Assembly: GCF_006345805.1 (NCBI RefSeq) | Contig: NW_021836540.1 | Span: 1 to 26,294 of the forward strand | Reading direction: 5' to 3' | Origin: Octopus sinensis | Lineage: Eukaryota | DNA: 26,294 nucleotides | Shown here: positions 10,542 to 21,365 of the stretch, in pieces | Numbering within the stretch: position 1 is the first letter of the stretch | How the letters are laid out: the number at the start of each line of letters is the position of its first letter | Notes under the pieces: model-generated | The model's database searches: none | What the model saw: only the letters and a program-made list of their open reading frames with translations | Told to the model about the DNA's origin: nothing | Position numbers and translations under genes: made by a program

Positions 10542-11341
10542 AGTCCCCCTTCCCCCCCCCCTTTTTGCTCCCTCCTCCATTATTTTCTCTCTTTTCTTCT
10601 ATTCCCTTCTCTATTCTTGGCCGATCTAGAAAGCCCTTCAGCCTTTAAGAGTTAAATAGCTACAGCCTCTTGTGAATAGCAGTAATGTGATTAATATGGC
10701 AAACACCTAATCATATAACAAGGATTGGTACCTACCTCATTGTGTTCAACCATTGTAAAATTTATCGCCTGTGAATATGAAATTCATCTCCATTTCTCTG
10801 GAAATTTACATCTACACCATTGGAATCTGTGCATATATACAAAGGATTAATTCACCCTCTCTGTAATGCTAATAACAATGGATAAATTTGTCTTCTGTGA
10901 GTATATAATCCCTCATCATATCTATGGAAATTCATATGGATTAGGTCACCTTCTCTGTGATGCTATCAAAACTTTTTTAAAATTCTGTGATAAGACTGTA
11001 CATCATCTTTAATGAACTTTAATGAACTTTAGAAATCTGTTTAATTATCTACATTACTTCATGAGTATAGCCTCAAACACTAGGATGTCTAGAGAACTTA
11101 CATGTATTTTAGCTGATGAGTACGGGACTCGTTTATATGCTGTAATCTTTGCAACTTTTAATAAAACCTGTCCTTGTATGAAACGATCGTACTAAAAACC
11201 TATCCATTCTTGTTGCTTCTTTCTCGCTTATAATCACCCCACATTACTGTATTGTTAATCAGTATAGTTTTTTGGTGCATCTAAGTTAGGTACCATATTC
11301 AAGTAAATTTTTTTTAATTAACTTGAATCTTTATTGCTCTT
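10542..11341 (+). repeat. 3' pseudo-LTR (direct repeat copy 2)
   Basis: Near-identical to 6010-6812 at an offset of about 4530-4532. It is preceded by a polypyrimidine tract (10436-10541) and ends abruptly in TA-rich microsatellite. Confidence 0.95.
11107..11197 (+). ncRNA. Type I hammerhead ribozyme (copy 2), predicted cleavage GUA^ after 11191
   Basis: Sequence identical to copy 1: CTGATGA 11113-19, GAAA 11180-83, GTA 11189-91, CTAAAA 11192-97. Confidence 0.9.
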
Positions 11342-11506
11342 GTATATACATAATAATATATACATATAATATATAATATATATATATTATACATACATAT
11401 ATATACATATATAATATATATAATATTAATATTACATACATACATATATATATATATTATATATACATAATATATATATATATATATATATAATAATTAC
11501 ATACAT

Positions 11507-11551
<45 letters not shown>

Positions 11552-11565
11552 GATATATATATAAT
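11342..11565. repeat. (TA)n/(TACA)n microsatellite, right flank of the PLE
   Basis: Read directly; same composition as the left flank 5800-6009. Confidence 0.95.
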
Positions 11566-12265
11566 ATTTGCACTTTCATTTTATATTTTTATCGGATTTT
11601 GGTTATAACATTGCGACTATATTAAATTCCGCCTTCCGTCAATCTTGCACTTAATTCACATTTGTGCTTTTCATTTTTTTTTTTTTTGTGATCTTCGTTT
11701 CTTGAGTCAAATTAGTTCTAACGCACGATTTTGAAACGAAGAGATGCAAGGCGAGACATCGATCCATATCTCTAAACCAGGAACCTACAAAATCACACGA
11801 AAACTTCAACATGCAGTCACTTTCTCTTACTTTCTCCTATCAAGAAAAAACAACAAAACACCAATGAATTTCGCCTTAAACTACTTCTCCAAAACAAAAT
11901 ACACTTTTACCAAACGTTCGCATCTGAAACAGTATTTCTACGAAAGACAACAGCGGGATGTTATTCCAGATATTCACTGAATGCACCAATTTCTGATCTT
12001 AACTGATCTTATTAAAAAACAAAAACGAATATTTTCCTCCAACCTTTTGAGAATGAACTATATTTTATAGCCAGAATTGTATGATATAATTAGTTTTTGC
12101 CTAAGCGAGCCCCACCATAAAATTGCTTTATTTAAAAAGACTAAAAACTTATTCATCAACGCTGATGCGTCTAAAAAAATGCTTGAAATCAATTTTGGCG
12201 AATATATCAAAATTCTTTCTAGTCATTTATTTCATTTACAAGGTTTGTCACAATGCGCTAAAAAA

Positions 12266-12526
12266 ATATTGGTTTCCAATGTTGGCACAAGGCCAGCAAT
12301 TTCGGGGGAGTGGGGAAATCGATTGCATCGAGCCCAGCGCTCTACTTGTAGTATTTATTTATCGCCTCCGAATGTATGAAAGGCAATGTCGACCTCGTCG
12401 GAATTTGAACTCCGTACATAAAGATGGACGAAATACCGCTAAGCATTTTGCCCAGCGCGCTAACGTTTCTGCCAGCTCGCCGTCTCCGTACATAAAGATG
12501 GACGAAATACCGGTAAGCATTTTGCC
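12266..12526 (-). mobile_element. tRNA-derived SINE of the same superfamily (different tail), with a 43-bp 5' duplication
   Basis: The minus strand reads GGCGAGCTGGCAGAAACGTTAGC..GGAGTTCAAATTCCGACGAGGTCGAC.., with the B-box at 12400-12412. 12410-12452 is repeated at 12484-12526. Confidence 0.8.
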
Positions 12527-12597
12527 GGCTCACCACCCTAATGAATGCTAACGCTGACCCATAGGATCTTCCTACTACATTGGACATAAATAGTGAT

Positions 12598-12733
12598 AAA
12601 TAGATAGATAGATAGATAGATAGATAGGAAGGTAGGTAGGTAGGTAGGTAGGTAGGTAGGTGGATGGATAGATGGATGGATGGATAGAAAGATAGATAGA
12701 TAGATAGGTGTGGGGTGGGTGGGTGGATGGATG

Positions 12734-12765
<32 letters not shown>

Positions 12766-12800
12766 GACGGACGAACAGACGGACAGACGGACGAACTGAC
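12598..12800. repeat. Compound tetranucleotide microsatellite
   Basis: TAGA, TAGG, TGGA, TGGG, CAGA and CGGA blocks. Confidence 0.95.
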
Positions 12801-13064
12801 AGATGTGTGGTTGGATAAATGCGCTTCACTTTTCCTCGACTTCATCCGTAATTATATACGTCTTCTTAACAAACTACGAAAGCTATGTCTCACTTCTTAC
12901 AAAAATCAATAACCAGACCAACTTAAACAGATCGACGATAATAGAAGAAGACCGTCATTATTTTAGTTTTATTATTGATACACTGATTATTAATATAATT
13001 CGATTATTGAAATATTTCGATTATTGCCACGGGTCTCCATGCTTTATGAGAGGACACAATCGAT

Positions 13065-13200
13065 TGTATCGTCTTTATTTCATGTCGTGTACTGTTCTTT
13101 TTTATCGATCATCGGAAGTATGAGCGACAAAAATCCGCCCCGTCGAAATCCGATCGTGGGACGTAAATATTATTAACTAATCACGACAAAGCATGTTGTT
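13065..13200 (-). mobile_element. Highly decayed SINE fragment
   Basis: GACAAAAATCCGCCCCGTCGAAATCCGATCGTGGGACGTAAA loosely resembles the reverse complement of the SINE B-box/central region seen at 12380-12420. Confidence 0.35.
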
Positions 13201-13507
13201 CATTGATCTAGATATCCCGACTTAATGTTTAAATGGTCGAAATTATGTTCACATATCTTCAGCTACCTTCACTCTCTAATGATAAAGATTTTTGTCCAAG
13301 ATCTTTAATGGTTTGTCAGGTAAAAGTCATTTGGTTCGGAGAAACACGTATATTTTATCATCAGACGGCGGCCATGTCGGTGTGGATCTCTTGTTCGTTT
13401 ATCGAGCAAACATCAATTGCTTTCATCAAGTGTTTTTAAGACATAGTGTATCTAGGACTATGCAGTCCAATGTAGTGGCTTCATATTGCTTATCTTTTAT
13501 ATTTTAA

Positions 13508-13524
13508 TGTGCGTGTGTGTGTGT

Positions 13525-13570
<46 letters not shown>

Positions 13571-13612
13571 CTGTGTGAGTGTGTGTGTGCGTGCGTGTGC
13601 GTGTGTGTGTGT
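13508..13612. repeat. (TG)n microsatellite
   Basis: Read directly from the sequence. Confidence 0.95.
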
Positions 13613-14189
13613 AGTATACTGTTCAGTTTTCTGTTAAGATAGGATTAACAAAACAAGTACTTCAGCCAGTGACAGATGAATATCATTTAATGAGCACAGT
13701 ATTCAAACCAGGAGCGACTTATAGCTGTTTGTCATAGAGAAGACACTGTGATTAGGTAGATTTATATACGACGTACCTTCTGTCTCCAAGCAGTGTCGAG
13801 ATTCAGGGCACTCGGTTGGTAGTATTTGAAAAGCAGGACGCTGACAGATGAAAAACCGCGAGAAAGAAACGAGATTGAGAATGAGAAGATAAAACACATG
13901 GACGATCAGCTTTTGTTGAACCGGGGGACATTGGAGGACACCAACCTCTCCACATTGTGCAGCTATCTCACAGGCTTTTGGACTCCTCGCCGTTCGAATT
14001 ACTCAAGGCTACAGATTTATTGAGTGAAACTGATTAATTTTCACCTGCTGATTTCAAAAATTACAGTTAAATTATCCCATCACATACTGTTTTTTCACAA
14101 AATTAATCATCGTATTTTACCATTATGTCCGAATTTTATGATTGTCTAATTATAACTACTAATTTCCATACTTAAATAGACTATAACAG

Positions 14190-15455
14190 TATGACTTGTA
14201 GGTGCAATTCTGGAAAGTAATCATCTAGTGATGTTTGCACTGTTTTAGCTATACAAAGAGGTGCCTACATCACTTAGGAGATAAAGACGCGCTTTACAAG
14301 GTAACGTTACGAGTTCTGAGTCAGAAATAGCAATGACGGAGAAGACTTCAATAGCAGTGAAGGTGAAGAACCTCAACTGTTGAACCTGTGTGAATTAAAT
14401 GATCTGATGAGGAACTTAAGGCTCGCAAATGAATCAACAGAGGTTTTAAGTCCCTGGCTTAAATCCAAGTATCTTTTAGCTCCTCCTTGCACATCTTTCT
14501 ATTGGTATTGTAACCGCGAAAAAATTTCTTTTTTCATTTTGCACAAGAAAATTATTTGGATTCTTGTATAGATCCATCAGAACTAGAAGAAAAGATTGGT
14601 GTAAGTTTCAGCCCTGTTGAACGGAGACTCTCTTATTGACTCTTCAAACAAGTTTTATAGCTGTTCTACTGCATAATATGGTAATAAATATGCTTCCATC
14701 CCTGTTGGACATTCAGTGCTCATGAAGGGAAACATGAAACTTTAACGTCACGCTTACACCAGATTAGATTCAAAGATGACAACAGGAGGATTTGCGACAA
14801 CTTGAAACATAATATGGCTTGCTGCTTGGGCAGCAGTCAGGTTACACAGAGTTTCTTTGTTTCTTGTGTGAATGGGACAGTAACAAGGAAGCTCCATTGG
14901 TCCAAAATAAAATTGCCAAGTAGAGATACGCTTACACCAGGAACAAAGAATGTTTTGTTGATCAAAATAGGGTTTTAAGCCTCCTCTACGTATAAAACTT
15001 GGCCTCATGAAACACTTCGTAAAAGCCTGGCCACAATATAGAAAGGGCTTCATGTATTTACGTAGCAAGTTTCCTGCTCTATCAAAAGCCATGGTTGAAT
15101 AGGGTGTATACTTAGAACTCGATGTTAGGAACTCGTCGGAAAATCTGGAAAATGTGAGTGAGGAGGAAGGGGGAAGTTTTCATCAAGACATAAAGGAGAT
15201 GAAAAGCTGTGAGGGACAATGGAATTTCAATATGATGGCCGACTACTGCTGGACGATGTATCGTGAATGTCCATCAAATGCTCGCAAGTCAAAGAGTTGC
15301 ACGCATGGTTTCCTTATAAAAAAAAGATGATATTTTGAGTTTGCGAATTTTAAAAAATGAATGGAATCCTAGTAAAAATCTGTTTTCTCGCCTTTCAATT
15401 GCTGCTAATTAAAGTACCAAATTCATTTCTAAAAGTTTCATTTTGTCCAACCGTG
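14190..15455 (+). mobile_element. Degenerate CMC/Chapaev3-like DNA transposon (transposase relic plus right end)
   Basis: Fragments read ELNDLMRNLRL, LIDSS, AVLLHN, GNKYASIPVGHSV, LLGQQSGYTEFLCFLCEWDS, PGTKNV, PPLRIKLGLMKHFVKA, KFPALSKA, SEEEGGSFHQDIKEM, MMADYCW. There are stops, frameshifts and an internal deletion near 15135. The right end ..GTCCAACCGTG (15455) reads CACGG on the minus strand, a CAC-type terminus. No matching left TIR was found. Confidence 0.8.
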
Positions 15456-16329
15456 TGTGGATTTACCAGAAAATTATGGCATATTTTATCATTATCTTAG
15501 GTAATGGTTAAGAGCTTTTTGATATTCCGAATTAACAATACAAAAATATATAATGTAACACACATCAAAACAATACTTTGTCATCTAAGGACTGCATCAT
15601 CTAAGCCGTTCATATTTTTCGCATCGTATGCATATTTCATCTCATCTCCCCATCCACTTCCCTCGTCCCCCACCTTCGAGTTTTATGTAACACACACAAA
15701 TTCTAAATAGGGAACACAAAATATTTCTAGAAAAATCTTCATCTCAACTATGAGCCTCACTATTTACATTAAACCAACAATTAAACACTTTTATAGCAAT
15801 TAACATTTCTAAGGGTGTTTAGGTGTTGCCCGGGAAATCTGAGAATGGTTGGCGGTTATTTTGTTCTTCTATAATTTATTGTTTAAAGTTGGAAACCAGA
15901 GACAAGCAGTTTTCGTAATCTCAGCACAATAAAACTTTATATAAAAACTCTATAACGTGACATTTTATTCGTGAAACATGTGATTATCATGTCATTGTAA
16001 AAGCCTCGACAAACTTAGTTTCTCTTCTCCACGTCGACACTAAACAACAACAACTACAACAACTACAACATGACGGCAATAGTCATAAAAACAACGAAAT
16101 AGAAATGAATAAATAAATTTCTTTTATTCATCGAATTTTAAATGTTTCAAATTTAAATAAAACATTATGAAAATAATGAGATTTCCAAAGCTGTTCACAC
16201 ATTAATAAACGCGTTATCTTTGCTATTGAAACAGTGAAAAGACTCAACATAAATGATGTGAAAATGTTTCTATGAATATTATAAGAAGACAAGTTATAAT
16301 TAGTGTGAAATATTTCTGATGTTGTCGCT

Positions 16330-17040
16330 TGACGTTCTTTGAGAAACTCAGGACGAAGCAGCTGGCCGGGTTTGGGAGATTTTCTGGGTGGCAGCTATTA
16401 CAGGTCGTTAACAGAAATCCGGGTAGTGCTACGAAGAGTCATTATCGATTCGTCATACACACAAAAGAAAGAAACGTAGATATCGCCAGACAGGACTGTT
16501 CAAGATGCGATGAGAGAGACAGAACCGCACTGCACTCATATTGAGCAGAGTCCGAACATTGAGGATTCGTGGCGTTTTACATGTCGGACAAATCCTACTA
16601 TCGGCCAAGTCCACCGCGATGATCACCCTCTACCATTTTTTACAAGCCAAGACAACTGATGGTCCTCTAACTAATGGTTGTAGCAAAAGTATCGAACATA
16701 CACCGTCCTCTTCTGTCAAACCTTCATCTACTTTTTCAAGTCCCGTTTGGAAAGGAAAATCAGGGTGGAGAAAGAAGTGCTCTCTTTCTCTTTCTCTCTC
16801 TCTATCTCTCCCTCTCTCTATCTATCTCTCTATCTCTCTATCTCTCTCTCTCTCTTTCTCTCAACGAATTTGCCAAAAGATTACTAAATGTTTTGGGTGG
16901 CAGGAACTACTTAAAGTCTATGTCTCTAGAATGAAGAACCATTGGAAATGCAAAGGAGGCTCTTGCTGTTGGAGGTTCGGGCGATCGCAGATCTGTGAGG
17001 TCCATTGGTTGGCTTTAGTTAGAGGCTCCTCTCCGTATCA
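16330..17040 (+). mobile_element. Possible decayed L1/Tx1-like LINE 3' remnant, interrupted by a (CT)n microsatellite
   Basis: Fragments YYRSL, CYEESLSIR, zinc-knuckle-like DCSRCDERDRTALHS and VGQILLSAKS occur in shifting frames. The segment is CpG-rich relative to its flanks. Recognition is by recalled motif resemblance only. Confidence 0.4.
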
Positions 17041-17219
17041 AGAGCACTGATTCATCCATGTATTCAGGTATTTATATAATATCTATGCTATTTTATATAT
17101 TGTCTATAATTTTAGCTCACTGCCCCCTTTTCCTTTCTCCCCATCATCTTTGTGAAAAGTCTGTGGTTCCAATGTCCTCCTCATCATATATTCTGGCAAC
17201 AGATGTAAGAAATCCTCAT

Positions 17220-17290
17220 TACCACCGCCGCCACCACCACCATCACCATCACCATCACCAACAACACCACCACCGTCATCGTCACCATCA
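17220..17290. repeat. (CAC/CAT)n trinucleotide repeat
   Basis: Read directly; explains the His-run ORF 17058-17474. Confidence 0.9.
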
Positions 17291-18098
17291 TTTATTCCAC
17301 GTTAATCCAGTCCACTCAGCTGGCAAAAATGCGAGCCACCAACATTTCAAAGGGTCAGCCTTCACACAAGTCTCAATCACGCTAATTTTCCCAGAGAAGA
17401 ATATCAAGAGTTTGCGTATCTGTGGAATACTCAGCCACTTGCACGTTAAATTCTCGAGCAGATTGTTCCGTTGATCGGATCAACTGCAACACTCCTCGTC
17501 GTAACCGACGGAGTGGCAGTTTTATCATTGTCCAGTGATTATACAGGTTATATGCCGGGTGCGGTGAGTGGACAGTTTGGTTTCGTAGTGTTTTGCGTGG
17601 ATTGTGGGTTGTGAGCGACGGAACAGGTTTTAGATTGGGCATAACGTCATGATTGCCGAAATACCCGATAAAAATAATGGTTGATGGATTTGGCGGTCGG
17701 GTGTTTTCTCCGATCATGTTTTACATCGTACAGAGTGAAGTAGAACGAATAAAAGGGAAATGCAGACAAAGATAACGTATGAGGTGCACGATGAGTGTAT
17801 ATACTAGGCTTGGTGGCAGGAGGAGCAGCTGTAGGAGTAAAGGACAGATTAGCGATGGAAGAAGTTATACGAATGAAATTGTTTTCAAGTTATTTTAAGG
17901 TAATAAATATTTTTCTTTTGACACTATGCAATTTATTATTTTGTAGAAACATCAAAACATTTAACAAAAGTTTAATTATAATTTTGAAAGTTTACCATAT
18001 TCCCTCATATTAACCATCGTAGCAAAAACATGCTTCTAAACTTTTCTTTATTGGCCGGGTAACACTTTACGAAATATATATATATATGTATATATACT

Positions 18099-18294
18099 AC
18101 TTATAAACAAGGGCAAAATAAAAAAATTCTAATGCCAAATATGCCGAAAATAGACTTAAATCGTCAATAACCATATAATTCATCACTATAAGCACGCCTC
18201 TCGAAGTGATGAATTATATGGTTATTGACGATTTAAGTCTATTTTCGGTATATTTGGCATTAGAATTTTTTTTCTTTTGCCTTTGTTTATAAGT
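18099..18294. repeat. Near-perfect inverted repeat (foldback/MITE-like), arms ~89-90 bp, 17-nt spacer
   Basis: 18099-18187 is the reverse complement of 18205-18294 with 3 substitutions and 1 indel. Spacer ATAAGCACGCCTCTCGA. Confidence 0.92.
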
Positions 18295-18432
18295 TGTTTA
18301 TAAATTTAACCTTTAAAGCTATTTTTAATATGCTGGCCATTGATAGAATTTTTTCGAAACATTTTATCCTATATTAGATATAGATATATATATATATATG
18401 AGTGTGTGTGGGTGTATATATTATATGTATGT

Positions 18433-18494
<62 letters not shown>

Positions 18495-19367
18495 TATATA
18501 TATATGAGTCAGTTATCCCTAGTTGGGTTTTCTACCTGTGTGTGGGCACAACTAACACCGAAACATAAAAATAATTACCTCTAGTTTTTCCTGTCTGTGT
18601 TTCAAACTGTACATACAAGCGCCAGCACGCGTGCACACAGATATGACAGCATCATTGAATTCTGTTACAAGCTCCTTCTTCTTCTGCCTTTCATTTCATA
18701 ACTCTATAGAACATCAATCCATTTGTTTAGTAAAATAGCCTGGTAACGTGGAGGAAATTCCCTGCATTGCATTTAATATTCAAAATGTGATTAATCTCTT
18801 GAGAAATGGTAGTCTGTTGGCTTCCGGCTGTGACTGTGATATAGAATGTTGTTCGTTTGAGAGGATATATGTACGGCAAACAGCATCTTAGCAGTCATAC
18901 AGACTCCGCAATTCGAACAGTTCTTTTAATATATAAGCAAACATACAGCCATACATTGTGTGTGTGGTGTGTGTGTGTGCGTGCGTGTATGTGCGTTTAT
19001 GCATGCGTCGGTTATTAAATTATCGTATTGTGTGTGGCTGTGTGTTAAGAAGTGTGCTGATCAATCATACGTTTTTGGGTTCCATCTCACTATGTTGCAC
19101 CTTTGTTATAGCCCTCCGAAGGGTCTTCCTGGAAAGTTCCGAGGATTTCCTGGAAAGCACTGATGATGGAGACTTCCTGGAAAGTTCCGAGGATGGGACT
19201 TCGCGTATAACCAATCGAAATTGCAAAGATAATTTGGAACTCGACCGAGGAGAGAAAACTCCGAATGACCAGTCCTTGTTTTCTTTGTATCGTCTATCTG
19301 GATGTTTTGTTGCCCCTTTTTTGTATCACCTAATTGTCTGGTTGTTTTGCGTTCTTTTCACATTTTG

Positions 19368-19405
<38 letters not shown>

Positions 19406-19419
19406 TTCGTCTTTTGCTT

Positions 19420-19622
19420 GTTTCAGCCTTACTGGGGCACCGTCTTGAAGAGTTTCTTTTAGTCGAAAGAATTGACCCCAGGACTTATTTTTCTTCAATA
19501 CTAGTATTTATTCTACCCGAGCCGCTAGGTTACAGGAATTTATGTACGACGGGATCTTTCAGTTTCCGTCAACTAAATCTATTCCCAAGACGCTATAGTA
19601 GAAGAAACTTGCCCAAGGCACT
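19420..19622. repeat. Internally deleted copy of the same SINE-like repeat family
   Basis: Shared blocks with 1598-1770, plus TTTCAGTTTCCGTC and CTATAGTAGAAGAAACTTGCCCAAGG. Confidence 0.6.
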
Positions 19623-19624
19623 AT

Positions 19625-19663
19625 ATGTATATATATAGTATGAGTATGTATGTATGTATGTAT

Positions 19664-19694
<31 letters not shown>

Positions 19695-20061
19695 TATATA
19701 TAAATATATATATATGCATATATGCATATATATATATATCTATATGCATATGCATATATTTTTATAAAATATATATAATATGCCTATATGCATATTATAT
19801 ATATATATATATATGCATATATATATGCATATATATATTGCATATATATATGCATATATATATGCATATATATATAAATATATTATATATATATATATAT
19901 ATATATACATATGCATATATATAATATATGCATATATGCATATATATATAATATATATATATAGCATATATGCATATATATAGATATATATATATATATA
20001 TATATATGCATATATGTATATATATATTATATATATATATATGCATATATGCATATATGTA

Positions 20062-20092
<31 letters not shown>

Positions 20093-20125
20093 TATATGCT
20101 ATATGCATCTATGTATATGCATATA

Positions 20126-20160
<35 letters not shown>

Positions 20161-20172
20161 TATATGCATATG

Positions 20173-20203
<31 letters not shown>

Positions 20204-20247
20204 GTCATATATGCATAATATATATATATATTATTATATAATATATG

Positions 20248-20309
<62 letters not shown>

Positions 20310-20319
20310 TATATATATT

Positions 20320-20355
<36 letters not shown>
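19625..20355. repeat. Long (TA)n array with recurring ATGCAT interruptions
   Basis: Read directly from the sequence. Confidence 0.95.
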
Positions 20356-20357
<2 letters not shown>

Positions 20358-20749
20358 AGATGTACTCGCATAGCAAGTAATTTGATCTGAGATCGTGTAC
20401 TGAAACGAAAACAATTGAAGCGTGGAAGGTGTTTATAAGCCATTTAAGAAACACACAAAAGCCGTTCGATTCACTCCAACATTTAAGTTTAATTTGTCAA
20501 AATATTTTCGTCGCTAAAATCCGCGACCTGTTCACTGACAAAGTCCGTGCTGCATCTCTCTATATATATATATCTTGTATATATATATATATATATATGC
20601 ATACATATACACAACACACACACACGCACACGCACGCACGCACACGCACGCACGCACACATCGATGCACACATTCACACCCACACATTTGTTATATACGA
20701 TACCGCATATGAAAGAAACAGTCCAGTGTTTCAACTTGATCTGCAATCA

Positions 20750-21365
20750 ATAGCAGTCAAATCTCCCTCAAATCATGAGTTACACTACCACCACAACCAC
20801 CACAAATTCCGTTATTCCTTCTACCGCCATCACCAACACACCGCAGTTGCCTTCATCAGCACTATCACAAGAACCACTGCCATTACAATCACCTCAACCA
20901 CCACAACCGCCCATACCGTTCCCTACAACAACCACCATCACCAATACCACTACAGCTACCATCTTCACTGCCATCACCAACGCCCATCAGCACCGCCTTC
21001 ACCACCTTTAACCACCAGAGCCGCCACCATTAACACTATACAACTTCAATCACCATCACCAACCATAAACACTGTCACAAGCACGGTTCTTATCACAATC
21101 ATCACCACCGCCGCCGCCGTTGCCGCTACCACCGAAATCACAACTACTACAACTACTACTGCTACTACTACTACTAATAATACTAATACTAATAATAATA
21201 ATAATAATGATAATAATAATAATACAACTACTACAACTACTACTACTACTAATAATAATAATAATAATATTAATAACAATAATAATAATATTAATAACAA
21301 TAATAATAATACAACTACTACTACTGTTGCTGCTGCTGCTGCTGCTGCCACCAATAGCGTCGCCA
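20750..21365. repeat. Degenerate (CAC)n leading into (ACT)n/(AAT)n/(GCT)n trinucleotide arrays
   Basis: Read directly; generates the open low-complexity ORFs in several frames. Confidence 0.9.

Larger units (their letters stand above)
6010..11341 (+). mobile_element. Full-length Penelope-like retroelement (C-terminal GIY-YIG type, possibly Hydra clade) with two pseudo-LTRs
   Basis: ~800-bp direct repeats at 6010-6812 and 10542-11341 enclose an RT plus GIY-YIG coding region. Each repeat has a hammerhead motif. Both flanks are (TA)n-rich microsatellite (5800-6009, 11342-11565). The clade name is tentative, based on recalled motif resemblance. Confidence 0.93.

Noticed and set aside
6010-11341. 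Interpretation as a true LTR retrotransposon or retrovirus
   Set aside because: The repeats lack TG..CA ends, and there is no gag, protease, RNase H or integrase. The RT plus GIY-YIG and hammerheads indicate a PLE.
13330-13370. Minus-strand CTGATGA..CCGAAC
   Set aside because: The core is incomplete and no supporting helices are present.
14404-14440. CTGATGAG resembling a hammerhead core
   Set aside because: There is no downstream GAAA/stem III/UH arrangement; it encodes DLMR of the transposase relic.
17058-17717. His-run ORF (+) and 111-aa ORF (-) as host exons
   Set aside because: The His run comes from a (CAC/CAT)n repeat, and neither ORF has recognisable homology or supported splice sites.
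19160-19195. CTGATGA..GAAA spacing like a hammerhead
   Set aside because: Stem II cannot close next to the core, and there is no UH triplet or stem I complement.
19740-20454. Multiple Y/I/M/C-rich ORFs
   Set aside because: These are translations of the (TA)n/ATGCAT array. The same applies to similar ORFs at 2376-2870, 4843-6050, 12342-12912 and 23772-25078.
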